A DNA stretch of 64,000 bases from an uncultured Chloroflexia bacterium (GCA_963744095.1 CAVUSH010000003.1:1162-65161); one strand, 5' to 3'. Counted from the stretch's first letter, positions 42,051 to 54,415 are shown. A program made the numbers and translations. Notes: a model not told the origin generated them from the sequence alone.

Positions 42051-43404
42051 GCCGCGGCACCGGGCCCGGCGGACCGGGGCGGGGCTTGTCCTCGCCCTGG
42101 CCCTCATCTCGGCCGGGGCCCTCGCCCTGAGCGCCCAGGAGGCCCCGGTCGTCGCCCGCGTCGTCGTCCGGGTCGACGGGCAGCCCGGCGAAGCGGGACT
42201 CCTCGATCTCATCCCCATCAAGCCCGGCGACGGCTTCTCGGCGCGTCTGGTCGATCAGGCCGTCAAGCAGATCTTCCGGACCGGGCTCTTCGCCGACGTC
42301 CGGGTCACGAAGGAGGGCGAGCAGCGGATCGATCTCTTCTTCGATCTCGTCCGGAAGGTCTATATCGACGCCGTCCGCTTCCGCGGCCCGAAGGTCTCCG
42401 CGACCCGCCTGCGGGAAGGCCTGACGGCGTTGCGACCGGGCGCCTATCTCCAGGAGGACCGCATCCCGGCCGCGGTCAACGAAGTCCGGGAGGGACTGAA
42501 ACAGCAGGGCTTCTTCGACGCTGTCGTCGTGTGCGACGTCAAGAAGAAGGCCGCGGCCTCGACGGCCGACCTGGTCTTTCGCATCCTGGACTGGAAGACC
42601 TTTCGGATCGGCGGGCTCGAGGTCGAGTGGAAGTCCGAGATCCCCGAACGGGCGCTCCTCAAGAAGATGAAGAGCAAGGTCGGGGACCTCTATGGGCCCG
42701 ACCGCCTGGCGGCCGACCTCCAGGCCCTGTCCCGGGGGCTGGACCGGGTCGGCTATCCGCGGGCGGAGGTCCGTCTCGCCGGCGAGGTCTTCAACGAGGA
42801 GTCCCGCCGGGTCGAGCTGCGCATCGAGATCCTGCCCGGGGAGAAGATCACGATCATCGTCAACGGGGCCAAAGTCCCCCGCCGCCTCGTTGCCCCCATC
42901 TGGGAAGAGCGCGTCTTCGAGCAGTGGGGCCTCACCGAGGGCGAGGCCCGGATCCTCAACTATCTCCGCCGCAAGGGCTATCTCTTCGCCGCCGTCAGGA
43001 GCCGGGTCGAACGGGGCCTCAACGAGCTCGTCATCATCCACGACATCACCCGCGGCGAGAAATCCAAGATCACAGGCGTCGACTTCCGCGGCAACTCCGC
43101 CTATTCGAGCCTCGACCTGAGGACCCGTCTGGCCGTCCGCGAGGGCGTGCCGCTGTTCTCCCTGCTCAGCTACGACAAGCTCTTTGCCATCCCCCGCGAG
43201 CTCGAGAGCTTCTACAAGGACAACGGCTTCGCCGACGTCCAGGTCCGTCTCGACCTGGCCAAAGAGGAGCGCGGCGTGCGGGCGGTCTTCGATATCCGGG
43301 AGGGCCCGAAAACCACGGTCGAGTCCATCCGGATCGCGGGGACTTCGCTCGTCTCCGCGGACGCGCTCGCCCGCGAGCTCGTCAGCCGTGAGAAGGGCCC
43401 TTGA
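42025..43404 (+). CDS. BamA/Omp85-family protein, POTRA-domain part, ends at an in-frame TGA
   Basis: ORF 42016..43404. ATG 42025 lies 10 nt after GGGGGAGG and overlaps tamB by 26 nt. Signal peptide GLVLALALISAGALALSAQ. Repeated POTRA-like units. Confidence 0.75.
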   Translation: MSSSAGASRPRHRARRTGAGLVLALALISAGALALSAQEAPVVARVVVRVDGQPGEAGLLDLIPIKPGDGFSARLVDQAVKQIFRTGLFADVRVTKEGEQRIDLFFDLVRKVYIDAVRFRGPKVSATRLREGLTALRPGAYLQEDRIPAAVNEVREGLKQQGFFDAVVVCDVKKKAAASTADLVFRILDWKTFRIGGLEVEWKSEIPERALLKKMKSKVGDLYGPDRLAADLQALSRGLDRVGYPRAEVRLAGEVFNEESRRVELRIEILPGEKITIIVNGAKVPRRLVAPIWEERVFEQWGLTEGEARILNYLRRKGYLFAAVRSRVERGLNELVIIHDITRGEKSKITGVDFRGNSAYSSLDLRTRLAVREGVPLFSLLSYDKLFAIPRELESFYKDNGFADVQVRLDLAKEERGVRAVFDIREGPKTTVESIRIAGTSLVSADALARELVSREKGP

Positions 43405-43491
43405 TTTCCCCCCAACGTCCAGAGGGACGTCGGGCAGATCGAGGCCTATTATCTCAACCACGGTATTCGCGGCACCGAGGTCGCCTCCCGG

Positions 43492-44817
43492 GTGGAACGC
43501 GTGCCGGGGGACCGGGTCTCCCTCGTCTATGAGATCACCGAGGGAACCCAGGTCACTGTCCGGGACGTCTTCGTCACCGGCAACCATACCACCCGGAACC
43601 GGGTCATCCGCCGCGAGCTCCGCATCAAGAAGGGCGAGGACGCCGACTATTCGCGCGTCCAGGAGACCAAGCGGCGACTCGAGCGCCTCGGGATCTTCTC
43701 CGAGGTCCGCGTGGACGAAGTTCGGACCGGTCCGGCCGACGAAGTCGTCGTCGTCACCGTCCGCGAGGGCGAACAGAACTATGCCGGAGTCGGCCTCGGA
43801 TTCGAATCCAGAAACCCGGTGACCGGCGCTCTCGTCGACTGGCTCGATTTCCGGCCGCGCGGCACGGTCGAGTACATCCGCAGCAATATCTTCGGGCTGG
43901 GCGCGCAGGTCGGCGTCCTTGGCCAGGTCAGCACGATCGAAAGGCGCGCGGTCGTGTCCTGGAACCAGCCCTATCTCCTTGGCTTATCCATGCCGACCAC
44001 CATCCTCGCTTGGGCGGAGCGGGAGGCCCGAACGGGCTTCACCTTCGACCGCCGCGGCGTCAGCCTGAGCGCCGCCAAGCCCTTGACCAAGGCCCGCCTC
44101 CTGCTGGGCTCTCTGAGCCTGACGCGAACGTCCATCGTCCAGCCCGTCGATCTCTCCCAGCTCCCGCCGGATATCGACCGCCAGTTCCTGCCGTACTCGG
44201 CCGCCCTGGCTTCCGTGAGCATGAGCTGGGAGAGGCGGGACGACACCCTGAACCCCACCCGGGGATGGTTCCTCAGCGCGGTCGGCGAGATAGGCGTGCC
44301 TGTCTTCGGCACCGAATCGAACTACCAAAAGCTCTTCGTCAAATCCCAGTACTTCCGGCCGCTCCTGTCGAGTCTGAATCTGGGGCTGACCGGCCGGCTC
44401 GGGCTCGGCAACGGCCTGAGCCACCTGCCGGAGCGGTTCTTCGCCGGCGGCAGCAACACCTTCCGGGGCGAAGGATTCGAGATGCTCGGGCCCATTGCCC
44501 CTGCCCCGCTGGACCCGACGGCGTTCAAGCCCTACGGAGGGGAAGCGGTCCTCCTCGTCAACGCGGAACTGATCTTTGCCCTTTTTCCGGCCTGGAGGGA
44601 GTTCCGCCTGGCCTCCTTTTTCGATCTGGGCAACGTCTACGAAAGACTCAGTGTATTCCGGCCCTTCGACCTCCGCGGCGCCGCCGGGGTCGGCATCCGC
44701 TACCGGACGCCCCTCGGGCCCGTCCGGGTAGAGATCGCCTGGAAGCTGTGGGGCTTCGACGTCCAGGACCACAAGGGCCGGCCGCTCATTTTCCTGACCA
44801 TCGGCAACATCTTTTAA
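43492..44817 (+). CDS. BamA/Omp85-family protein, last POTRA plus 16-strand barrel part (same frame as 42025..43404)
   Basis: ORF 43492..44817. Family-like sequence already runs from codon 43405 (FPPNVQRDVGQIEAYYLNHG). RNRVIRREL and RFFAGGSNTFRG motifs. Ends ...TIGNIF. Confidence 0.75.
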   Translation: MERVPGDRVSLVYEITEGTQVTVRDVFVTGNHTTRNRVIRRELRIKKGEDADYSRVQETKRRLERLGIFSEVRVDEVRTGPADEVVVVTVREGEQNYAGVGLGFESRNPVTGALVDWLDFRPRGTVEYIRSNIFGLGAQVGVLGQVSTIERRAVVSWNQPYLLGLSMPTTILAWAEREARTGFTFDRRGVSLSAAKPLTKARLLLGSLSLTRTSIVQPVDLSQLPPDIDRQFLPYSAALASVSMSWERRDDTLNPTRGWFLSAVGEIGVPVFGTESNYQKLFVKSQYFRPLLSSLNLGLTGRLGLGNGLSHLPERFFAGGSNTFRGEGFEMLGPIAPAPLDPTAFKPYGGEAVLLVNAELIFALFPAWREFRLASFFDLGNVYERLSVFRPFDLRGAAGVGIRYRTPLGPVRVEIAWKLWGFDVQDHKGRPLIFLTIGNIF

Positions 44818-44824
44818 AGAGGCT

Positions 44825-45463
44825 ATGAGGACCATGATCAGAAGGATCCTGTTGTTCCTGCTGCTCGCGGCGTCGGCCGGGCTGGCCCAGACGGTCAACT
44901 GTGTCGTCGCCGTCGTCAACGGCGAGATGATCACGCTCCTCGACGTCGAGGTGGCCGCCGAATTCGGCCTGGGCCGGGACCCGGCCGCGGAGAACGCGAC
45001 CGACCCGCGGCTCGCCGCTCTCGAAACGCTCATCGACCGGAAGATCGTCCTGGACCTGGCCCGCGAAGTCCGCGGCGTGAACAAGGACGAGATCGGCGCC
45101 GCCATCGCCGACCTGACGAGGAGGGTCGGAGAAGACGCCTTCGGCGCCAAACTGGCCAAGTTCGGCCTGACCTCCAAGGACCTGGAACCCTATCTCCAGG
45201 ACCGTATCCTGTACGACCGGGCCTTGGCCCTGCGGTTCAGCCAATCGATCCCGGTCTCGGTGACAGAGGTCGAACGGCACTACCGGGACATCTATGTTCC
45301 CGAGCAGGCCCGCCGGGGCGTTGCGGCCGAGCCGATCGACCGGGTCTCAGGCGAGATCCAGGTCAGGATCCGCGACGAGCGCAGGGCCCAGCAGACGGCC
45401 GGCTGGGTCCGCGACCTGAGGAAGAACGCCGACATCCAGATCAAGAAGGACTGTCTGAAATGA
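44825..45463 (+). CDS. SurA N-terminal-domain periplasmic chaperone-like protein (no PPIase domain)
   Basis: ORF 44825..45463. Signal peptide, then VVAVVNGEMITLLDVE, typical of the SurA N-domain. Confidence 0.65.
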   Translation: MRTMIRRILLFLLLAASAGLAQTVNCVVAVVNGEMITLLDVEVAAEFGLGRDPAAENATDPRLAALETLIDRKIVLDLAREVRGVNKDEIGAAIADLTRRVGEDAFGAKLAKFGLTSKDLEPYLQDRILYDRALALRFSQSIPVSVTEVERHYRDIYVPEQARRGVAAEPIDRVSGEIQVRIRDERRAQQTAGWVRDLRKNADIQIKKDCLK

Positions 45464-46389
45464 ACATCGCCTACCTCTTCCCCGGCCAGGGTTCCCAGGC
45501 CGTCGGCATGGGCAAGGACCTCTACGACCGCTCGCCCGAAGTCCGGGCTCTTTTCGAGACGGCGGACGAAGCGCTGGGGTTCTCCATCTCCAAGATATGC
45601 TTTGAAGGGCCGGACGAGGAGTTGAGGCTGACCCGGAACACCCAGCCCGCGCTCCTCGTCGTCAGCACGGCCGCCTGCCGCCTCCTCGGCCGCGACCCTG
45701 TCGTCGCGGCGGGCCACAGCCTGGGCGAGTATTCGGCCCTCGTCGCCGCCGGGTGCCTTCGCTTCGAGGACGCGGTCGTGCTCGTTCATAAGCGGGGCCG
45801 CTACATGCAGGACGCCGTCGCCGTCGGCGCCGGCGGCATGGCCGCCGTCCTGGGCGTTCCGGGCGAGGAGGTCGAGCGGCGCCTCGCCGAGGTGCGTTCG
45901 GGCCTCGTCCAGATCGCCAACTGGAACAGCGAAGACCAGATCGTCATCTCGGGGGAAAAGGCCGCGGTCGAAGAGGCGCTGGCTGTGATCAAGGCGCCGC
46001 GCTCGGTCATGCTTCCGGTCAGCGCGCCGTTCCACTCCCGGCTGATGAAGCCGGCCGAAGAGAGGCTGGCCGCGGACCTCGAGGCCACGGCATTCGCCGA
46101 TCCGCGCTTTCCGATCGTTACCAACGTCGATGCCCGGCTCATCCGGACGGGCGCCGAGGCCCGGGACGCCCTCAAGCGGCAGGTCAGCCGGTCGGTCCTC
46201 TGGACGAAGTCCATGGCCGTGATGAAGGAGCTCGGGATCGACGTCTGCGTCGAGTGCGGGCCGGGCAAGGTCCTGGCCGGGCTCGTCAAGCGCATTTCCA
46301 GGGGCTGGCCCAAGGCCCCGGCCGTCCACAACGTCGAGAACTGGGAGGGGGCGGAGAAGGCGCGGACGGCCCTATTCGGCCGGCTGTGA
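45460..46389 (+). CDS. fabD: malonyl-CoA:ACP transacylase
   Basis: ORF 45460..46389. ATGA overlap. FPGQGSQ, GHSLGEYSA, and a FabD-like sequence throughout. Confidence 0.92.
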   Translation: MNIAYLFPGQGSQAVGMGKDLYDRSPEVRALFETADEALGFSISKICFEGPDEELRLTRNTQPALLVVSTAACRLLGRDPVVAAGHSLGEYSALVAAGCLRFEDAVVLVHKRGRYMQDAVAVGAGGMAAVLGVPGEEVERRLAEVRSGLVQIANWNSEDQIVISGEKAAVEEALAVIKAPRSVMLPVSAPFHSRLMKPAEERLAADLEATAFADPRFPIVTNVDARLIRTGAEARDALKRQVSRSVLWTKSMAVMKELGIDVCVECGPGKVLAGLVKRISRGWPKAPAVHNVENWEGAEKARTALFGRL

Positions 46390-46917
46390 GATGACCCGCG
46401 GGCCGAAGCGGACAAAGTATTCGAAGGCCGAGATGATGGCCAAGGCGAAGACGAGCCACAGCCCGATCTTGGCCGCGACGTAGAACTTTCCGAGGTAGAG
46501 AGGGCCGAGCACCAGGGCCCCGATGATCCAGGATTCGCTGCCCATTTTGGCTTTGCCGAAGGCCGAGGCCGGGATGTTGACCCCCTTGGACGAGGCCATC
46601 GCCCGGAAGCCGGTCACGGCGATCTCCCGGCCGATGATGACGATGGCCGCCCAGGCCGGCACGCGGGCGAGCTCGACGAGGCAGATGAGGGCCGAGGCGA
46701 TGAGGAGCTTGTCGGCCGTCGGATCGAGCAGCTGGCCGAGTACGGTCACCATCCCCTTCTTGCGGGCCAGCCATCCGTCGAGCCAGTCGGTGAGCGAGGC
46801 GAAGATGAAGATAATGCAGGCGACGAGGTCATGGCCGCGGAAGTTCGTCAGCATGACGGCGACCATGGCCGGAATGGCCAAAATCCTCGCCAGGCTCAAG
46901 TAATTGGGGATGTTCAC
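46372..46917 (-). CDS. pgsA: CDP-diacylglycerol--glycerol-3-phosphate 3-phosphatidyltransferase
   Basis: Last 181 codons of the long shadow ORF 46372..50010. GTG 46915-46917 (VNIPNYLSLARI...). DWLDGWLARK...LDPTADK is the CDP-alcohol phosphatidyltransferase motif. Confidence 0.85.
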   Translation of the reverse strand: MNIPNYLSLARILAIPAMVAVMLTNFRGHDLVACIIFIFASLTDWLDGWLARKKGMVTVLGQLLDPTADKLLIASALICLVELARVPAWAAIVIIGREIAVTGFRAMASSKGVNIPASAFGKAKMGSESWIIGALVLGPLYLGKFYVAAKIGLWLVFALAIISAFEYFVRFGPRVISQPAE

Positions 46918-46998
46918 GCCCCCCGAGATTACACCACCGCCCCCGCGAGTGTCAATCTTGCAAAAGGGGAGGGGCGTGGGTATAGTGAACATTCGCCG

Positions 46999-49638
46999 AT
47001 GGCCAACGATACTTCTTTGACCCCGATGATGGAGCAGTATTTCCGCATCAAGGAGCTCCACCGCGACGCCCTGCTCTTCTTCCGACTGGGCGATTTTTAC
47101 GAGATGTTCTACGAGGACGCCAAGATCGCGGCGCCCATCCTCGACATCGCCCTGACCTCGCGGCAGAAGGTGCCCATGTGCGGCGTGCCCTATCATGCCG
47201 TCAACTCCTATCTGCCCAAGCTCCTGAGGCAGGGCTTCAAGGTGGCCATCTGCGAGCAGGTCGAGGACCCCAAGGCGGCCAAGGGGGTCGTCAGGCGCGA
47301 GGTCATCAAGGTCCTGACGCCGGGCACGGCCGTCGAGATCGACCTCGAAGAAGCGAAGGAAAGCACCTACATCGCCTCCCTCGCGCTCGATGACGACGGC
47401 TGGGGCATGGCCCTGGTCGATCTCGCCGCCGGGGAGGTCCGGACCCTCGAGGGCGCCTGGGCCGAGGCCAAGCTCCTCATGGACGAGCTCTTCAAGGCCG
47501 CGCCCAAGGAGATCCTTTATCCCGAAGGCGCGGAGGACGCCCTGCGGCGCGTTCTCCCCCCCGACGGATCGAACGGCGCCGCCCTCAGTCCGGCCGAAGG
47601 CTGGCTTTTCGATCCGCCCCTGGCGGCCCGCGTCGTCCTCGAGCATTTCGGGGCCAAGTCCCTCGCGGGCTTCGGACTCGAAGACAAGCCCCGGGCCGTG
47701 GCCGCGGCCGGGGCCCTCATCGCCTACGTCAAGAAGGTCCGGCAGGGCTCCCTGACCCTCGTCCACCGTCTCTCGTATCTCAACGCCGCGAGCCACCTCG
47801 TCCTCGACGCGACGACCGTCCGCAACCTCGAGCTCGTCCGCAACCTCCGCGACGGCAAGCTCAAGGGGACCCTTCTCGACGTCATCGATTTCACGATGAC
47901 CTCGCCGGGCGGCCGCCTTCTCCGCTCCTGGCTTCTCCGCCCTCTCCGCGGCGTCGCCGAGATCGCGGCCCGCCAGGACGCCGTGGCCGAGGGCCTCGGC
48001 GCGACGATCGCCCGCCGCGAGATCCGCGAGACGCTCAAGGGCGTCCACGACCTCGAGCGGCTTGTGGGGAAGATCGCCCTGGCCGCGGCCCATCCGCGCG
48101 ACCTCGTCGCCCTCAAGGCCTCGCTCGCCCCGCTGCCGGCGATCGAGCGCGAGGTCCGCGCCTTCTCGTCCCGTCTCTTCAAGGACACGGCCGGCCGCTG
48201 GGACAACGCCGCCGATGTCGCCGGCCTCATCGACAAGGCCATCTTCGACGAACCGGCCTTCCTGCTGACCGAGGGCGGCATCGTCAAGGACGGCTGGAAC
48301 GCCGAGCTCGACGACCTGCGGGGCGTCAGCCGCTCGGGCAAAAGCTTCATCGCCCAGCTCGAGAGCCGCGAGCGCGAGCGGACGGGCATCGGCTCGCTCA
48401 AGGTCCGCTTTAACAAGGTCTTCGGCTATTACATCGAGGTGACCAAGCCACACCTGGACCGGGTGCCGGCCGACTACATGCGCAAGCAGACGCTGGTCAA
48501 CTCCGAGCGTTTCCTCACGCCCGAGCTCAAGGAATACGAGGAGAAGGTCCTCCATGCGGAAGAGCGCATCGGCGTCCTCGAGCACCGCCTCTTCCTCGAG
48601 GTCCGCGAGGCCGTGGCCCGGGAGACCCCGCGCCTGCAGCGGATCGCCGCCGACGTGGCTGCGCTCGACGTCCTTCTGGCCCTGGCCGAGTGCGCCGCCC
48701 GGCGAGGCTACGTCCGCCCGGTCGTCGACGAGGGGGACGCGATCCGCATCGAGGCCGGCCGCCACGCCGTCATCGAGACGAGCCAGGCCGAGCTCTTCAT
48801 CCCCAACGACCTCGAGCTCGACGCCGCCGCGAACCAGATCCTGATCATCACCGGCCCGAACATGGGCGGCAAGTCGACCTACCTGCGCCAGGCCGCGCTT
48901 ATCGTCCTGCTCGCCCAGATGGGCGCTTTCGTCCCGGCCAAGTCGGCGGCGATCGGCCTCGTCGACCGCATCTTCACCCGCATCGGGGCCATGGACTTCC
49001 TCAGCGTCGGGCAGTCGACGTTCATGGTCGAGATGCTCGAGACGGCCTCGATCCTCCACAACGCGACCGCCCGGAGCCTCATCCTCCTCGACGAGGTCGG
49101 CCGCGGCACGAGCACCTTCGACGGCCTGAGCATCGCCTGGGCCGTGGCCGAGCGGCTCCACGAGCGCGAGGACGTCCGGCCGAAGACGCTCTTCGCTACG
49201 CACTACCACGAGCTGACCGAGCTCGCCCTGACCCTGCCCAGGATCAAGAACTATCACGTCTCGGTCCGGGAGTGGAAGGACGAGGTGGTCTTCCTGAGAA
49301 AGATCGTCGCCGGCCCGTCCGACCGGAGCTACGGCATCCACGTGGCCAAGCTGGCCGGAATTCCCCGGGACGTCATCGACCGGGCCCGCGAGATCCTCTT
49401 TAACCTCGAGAAGCAGGAACTGGACGAGGCCGGGCAGCCACGCCTGGCCCGCCATGGCCGGCCGGCGGGGGACCGCAACCAGATGATGCTCTTCGCCGAG
49501 GACCGGGAATACGCCTTGCTGCGCGAGCTCAGGGATGAGATCGAGGGCCTCGACCTGGCGTCGCTGACCCCCCTCGAAGCGCTGAATATCCTGGCCGGGC
49601 TCAAGGGCCGGAGCGGGCCCGGCCAGGCCGGTCAATAA
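46999..49638 (+). CDS. mutS: DNA mismatch repair protein MutS
   Basis: ORF 46831..49638. ATG 46999 (MANDTSLTPMMEQYFRIKE). GPNMGGKST Walker A, and a MutS-like sequence throughout. Confidence 0.93.
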   Translation: MANDTSLTPMMEQYFRIKELHRDALLFFRLGDFYEMFYEDAKIAAPILDIALTSRQKVPMCGVPYHAVNSYLPKLLRQGFKVAICEQVEDPKAAKGVVRREVIKVLTPGTAVEIDLEEAKESTYIASLALDDDGWGMALVDLAAGEVRTLEGAWAEAKLLMDELFKAAPKEILYPEGAEDALRRVLPPDGSNGAALSPAEGWLFDPPLAARVVLEHFGAKSLAGFGLEDKPRAVAAAGALIAYVKKVRQGSLTLVHRLSYLNAASHLVLDATTVRNLELVRNLRDGKLKGTLLDVIDFTMTSPGGRLLRSWLLRPLRGVAEIAARQDAVAEGLGATIARREIRETLKGVHDLERLVGKIALAAAHPRDLVALKASLAPLPAIEREVRAFSSRLFKDTAGRWDNAADVAGLIDKAIFDEPAFLLTEGGIVKDGWNAELDDLRGVSRSGKSFIAQLESRERERTGIGSLKVRFNKVFGYYIEVTKPHLDRVPADYMRKQTLVNSERFLTPELKEYEEKVLHAEERIGVLEHRLFLEVREAVARETPRLQRIAADVAALDVLLALAECAARRGYVRPVVDEGDAIRIEAGRHAVIETSQAELFIPNDLELDAAANQILIITGPNMGGKSTYLRQAALIVLLAQMGAFVPAKSAAIGLVDRIFTRIGAMDFLSVGQSTFMVEMLETASILHNATARSLILLDEVGRGTSTFDGLSIAWAVAERLHEREDVRPKTLFATHYHELTELALTLPRIKNYHVSVREWKDEVVFLRKIVAGPSDRSYGIHVAKLAGIPRDVIDRAREILFNLEKQELDEAGQPRLARHGRPAGDRNQMMLFAEDREYALLRELRDEIEGLDLASLTPLEALNILAGLKGRSGPGQAGQ

Positions 49639-49991
49639 GAGTCGGTCTCGTCCTCGACGGTGAACCCGTCCTTGATGTCCTCGTCCTCTTCTTCGTCCTC
49701 GTCCCCGTCCTCGTCGAGGTCCTTGTCGCCGTTTCCGGAGAAGTGGGCCTCGCCGTCGTCCTCCTTGCGCTCTTCGAGGGCCTTCTCGAGCTCGTCGCGG
49801 TCCTCGAAGCGGCGGATGGTGTTGGACGCGGCGTCGCTGTAGCAGAGCTCGAGATAGTCGTCCTCGATGACCAGGAACACCGACTTCGAGTGTCCGGTCT
49901 GGAGGTTGCCGACCGTCTCGACGACTTCCGCGCTTTTCGATTTCCGGATCGCGTCGAGCGTGAGCCAGCTCGTGACTTCCATCTCTTCCAT
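49632..49991 (-). CDS. hypothetical small protein with a strongly acidic C-terminal tail
   Basis: ORF 49632..49991 (119 aa). Ordered-looking N-terminal half, then DEDGDEDEEEDEDIKDG. It is the only ORF that fills the mutS-clpB gap. No family recognised. Confidence 0.5.
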   Translation of the reverse strand: MEEMEVTSWLTLDAIRKSKSAEVVETVGNLQTGHSKSVFLVIEDDYLELCYSDAASNTIRRFEDRDELEKALEERKEDDGEAHFSGNGDKDLDEDGDEDEEEDEDIKDGFTVEDETDSY

Positions 49992-50078
49992 GACGCGCCT
50001 CTACTGACATTAGATATGCTTTTTTTTCCGCTTGTCAAGGGGTCGCGAGGCGCTTGTGCTGCGACCTTACGCGGTGCC

Positions 50079-50107
50079 TTGACAGCCCTTCGCCGGGAGA
50101 CTTTAAT
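50079..50107 (+). promoter_or_regulatory. sigma70-type promoter candidate for clpB
   Basis: TTGACA (50079-50084), 17 nt, TTTAAT (50102-50107). GGGAGGAG RBS before ATG 50141. A GGTCGC/GCGACC hairpin lies at 50041-50066 just upstream. Confidence 0.55.
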
Positions 50108-50140
50108 AGAAGAGATAGACCGCCGAGGGAGGAGCTGACG

Positions 50141-52723
<2,583 letters not shown>

Positions 52724-52742
52724 GGTTCTTCCCACGGTCCCG

Positions 52743-52797
52743 GGAAATCCATCTCTCCGGCCTTGCTCAGGATATCGCCGCCTCGAGATGGATTTCC
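52743..52797. repeat. perfect 13-bp inverted repeat with 29-nt spacer between clpB and the fadL-like gene
   Basis: GGAAATCCATCTC (52743-52755) and GAGATGGATTTCC (52785-52797), followed by A7. A TATAAT box lies at 52812-52817. Confidence 0.7.
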
Positions 52798-52850
52798 AAA
52801 AAAAGGGCGTATATAATGGGTCGCACGTTCAGTCATTGGAGATACGGACG

Positions 52851-54141
52851 ATGACCAAGAAGATCCTTATCGCGGCCACGACCGCATTGTTCCTGCTGCC
52901 TTCTTTCGCGTCGGCCAACGGGCTCAACCTGAACGGACTTGGGACGCGGGCCCAAGGCATGGGCGGGGCTTTTGTCGAGCATCGCCGACGATTTCAGCGC
53001 CGTTTTCTGGAACCCGGCCGGTGCGGCCGGCTTCAGCAAGGAGATGTTCGGCTTTTACGCGACCGACCTGATTCCGAGGGCGACCTACCGCCGGGACTTC
53101 GCCTTTCCCGAGGACCCCAAAGTCGATGCCAGGACCAAGGATTCGCACTACCTGGGTTTCCTGGCCGGCTACTACAGGCCGGTCAGCTCCAAGATCGTCA
53201 TCGGCCTGGGCATCGGTACGCCCTCTGAGCAGGGGACCCTGTGGAACGGCGCGGATTTCGCCGGCCTCTCGGCCGGGACGGCCTACGATTGGTCGAGCCG
53301 ATTGATCGTTTTCTCCTTTTCGCCGCTCGTCGCGGTCAAGCTCAGCGAGGCGATATCCGTAGGGGTGACGCTGAACGTCAACCTGGGGACGTCCAGCCTC
53401 AAGATGCCGGCCGGGTTTTCGAGCTTGCCGGAAATCGGAGTCTTCGATCCCGTCGACCTCGGACAATACGAAGAGAACATGACCGGCTGGGGGCTGGGGG
53501 CGACTATCGGTGTCCTGGTCAAACCTATCGACAAGCTCAGCATCGGCCTGACCGTGCGGACGCCGTCGGCGATCGCTTTCGACGGCTCGGCCAGAATGTC
53601 CAACCTTTCGCTCTATGATCTTCCGGGGAGCTCGGACCTCGAGCGGAAGATCACTTGGCCGCTGTGGGTCGCGGGCGGCGTGGCGTTCCGGCCTGTCCCG
53701 CTCCTTCTCCTGAGCGCTGACGTTCACTGGACCCAGTGGTCCAAGCGCGACCAGATCAGGACCACGTTCCTTGATCCCGACTGGGTGCCACTGGCTACAG
53801 CCGTCGGCAAGGATGTCCGGGTCCTTGACTGGAAGGACACGACGCAGATCCGGTTCGGCGCGGAGTACATGCTGAACGGGACGACGGCGCTTCGGGCCGG
53901 CTATTACAGCGACCCGGCTCCGGGGCCGGAATCGACGCTCACGGCTCTTCTGCCGACTCACACCTTCAATGCCTTTTCGGTCGGCGCCGGCAAGGCGGTC
54001 GGAGACCTCCAGCTGGATTTCGGCCTGGCCTACCTCAAGGGCAACACGCGTACGGCCGGGCTCGGGCTGCCCAATGCCATGCCCGGGACTCACAGGCTGA
54101 ACATCTTCGTCCCGACCGCTTCGGCCAGCTATAAGTTCTAG
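52851..54141 (+). pseudogene. FadL/OMPP1/TodX-family outer-membrane transporter, one frameshift near codon 42
   Basis: ATG 52851 (MTKKILIAATTALFLLPSFASANGLNLNGLGTRAQGMGGAFV) in ORF 52788..53228. The protein continues as SIADDFSAVFWNPAG... in ORF 52939..54141, which is the +1 frame. The switch falls around 52970-52980, next to a T4 run. Ends ...ASYKF. Confidence 0.75.
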
Positions 54142-54229
54142 CCGTCCGTCCGAACGCAGAGACGCCTCGTCATCCGTAAGGGGGGCGGCTGTCTATTTCG
54201 GAGTGTCGGGCCTGAGGCAAAAGAAAGAA

Positions 54230-54302
54230 TGGCTAGGGACGGAATTGAACCGCCGACGCAAGGATTTTCAGTCCTTCGCTCTACCAACTGAGCTACCTAG
54301 CC
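54230..54302 (-). tRNA. tRNA-Phe (anticodon GAA), copy 1
   Basis: Minus strand GGCTAGGTAGCTCAGTTGGTAGAGCGAAGGACTGAAAATCCTTGCGTCGGCGGTTCAATTCCGTCCCTAGCCA. It folds as a 7/4/5/5 cloverleaf with a CTGAAAA anticodon loop. No encoded CCA. Confidence 0.93.
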
Positions 54303-54415
54303 ATCAGGTCTCCGGCTACCGCCGGAAAGCGCGTTCAGTCTAGCCATTTGGAGCAAAGTCAACGGCCTGAGGCCGATAACCGACCTTTGGTTCAATTGAG
54401 GACGCCGCGGCTTCT

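Noticed and set aside
43402-43430. TGA in the BamA-like gene read as selenocysteine, with the downstream hairpin as SECIS
   Set aside because: The stem is only 6 bp with an AGAG loop, unlike the larger bacterial SECIS. No redox context suggests Sec in an Omp85 POTRA linker. TGA is used as a normal stop by many genes here.
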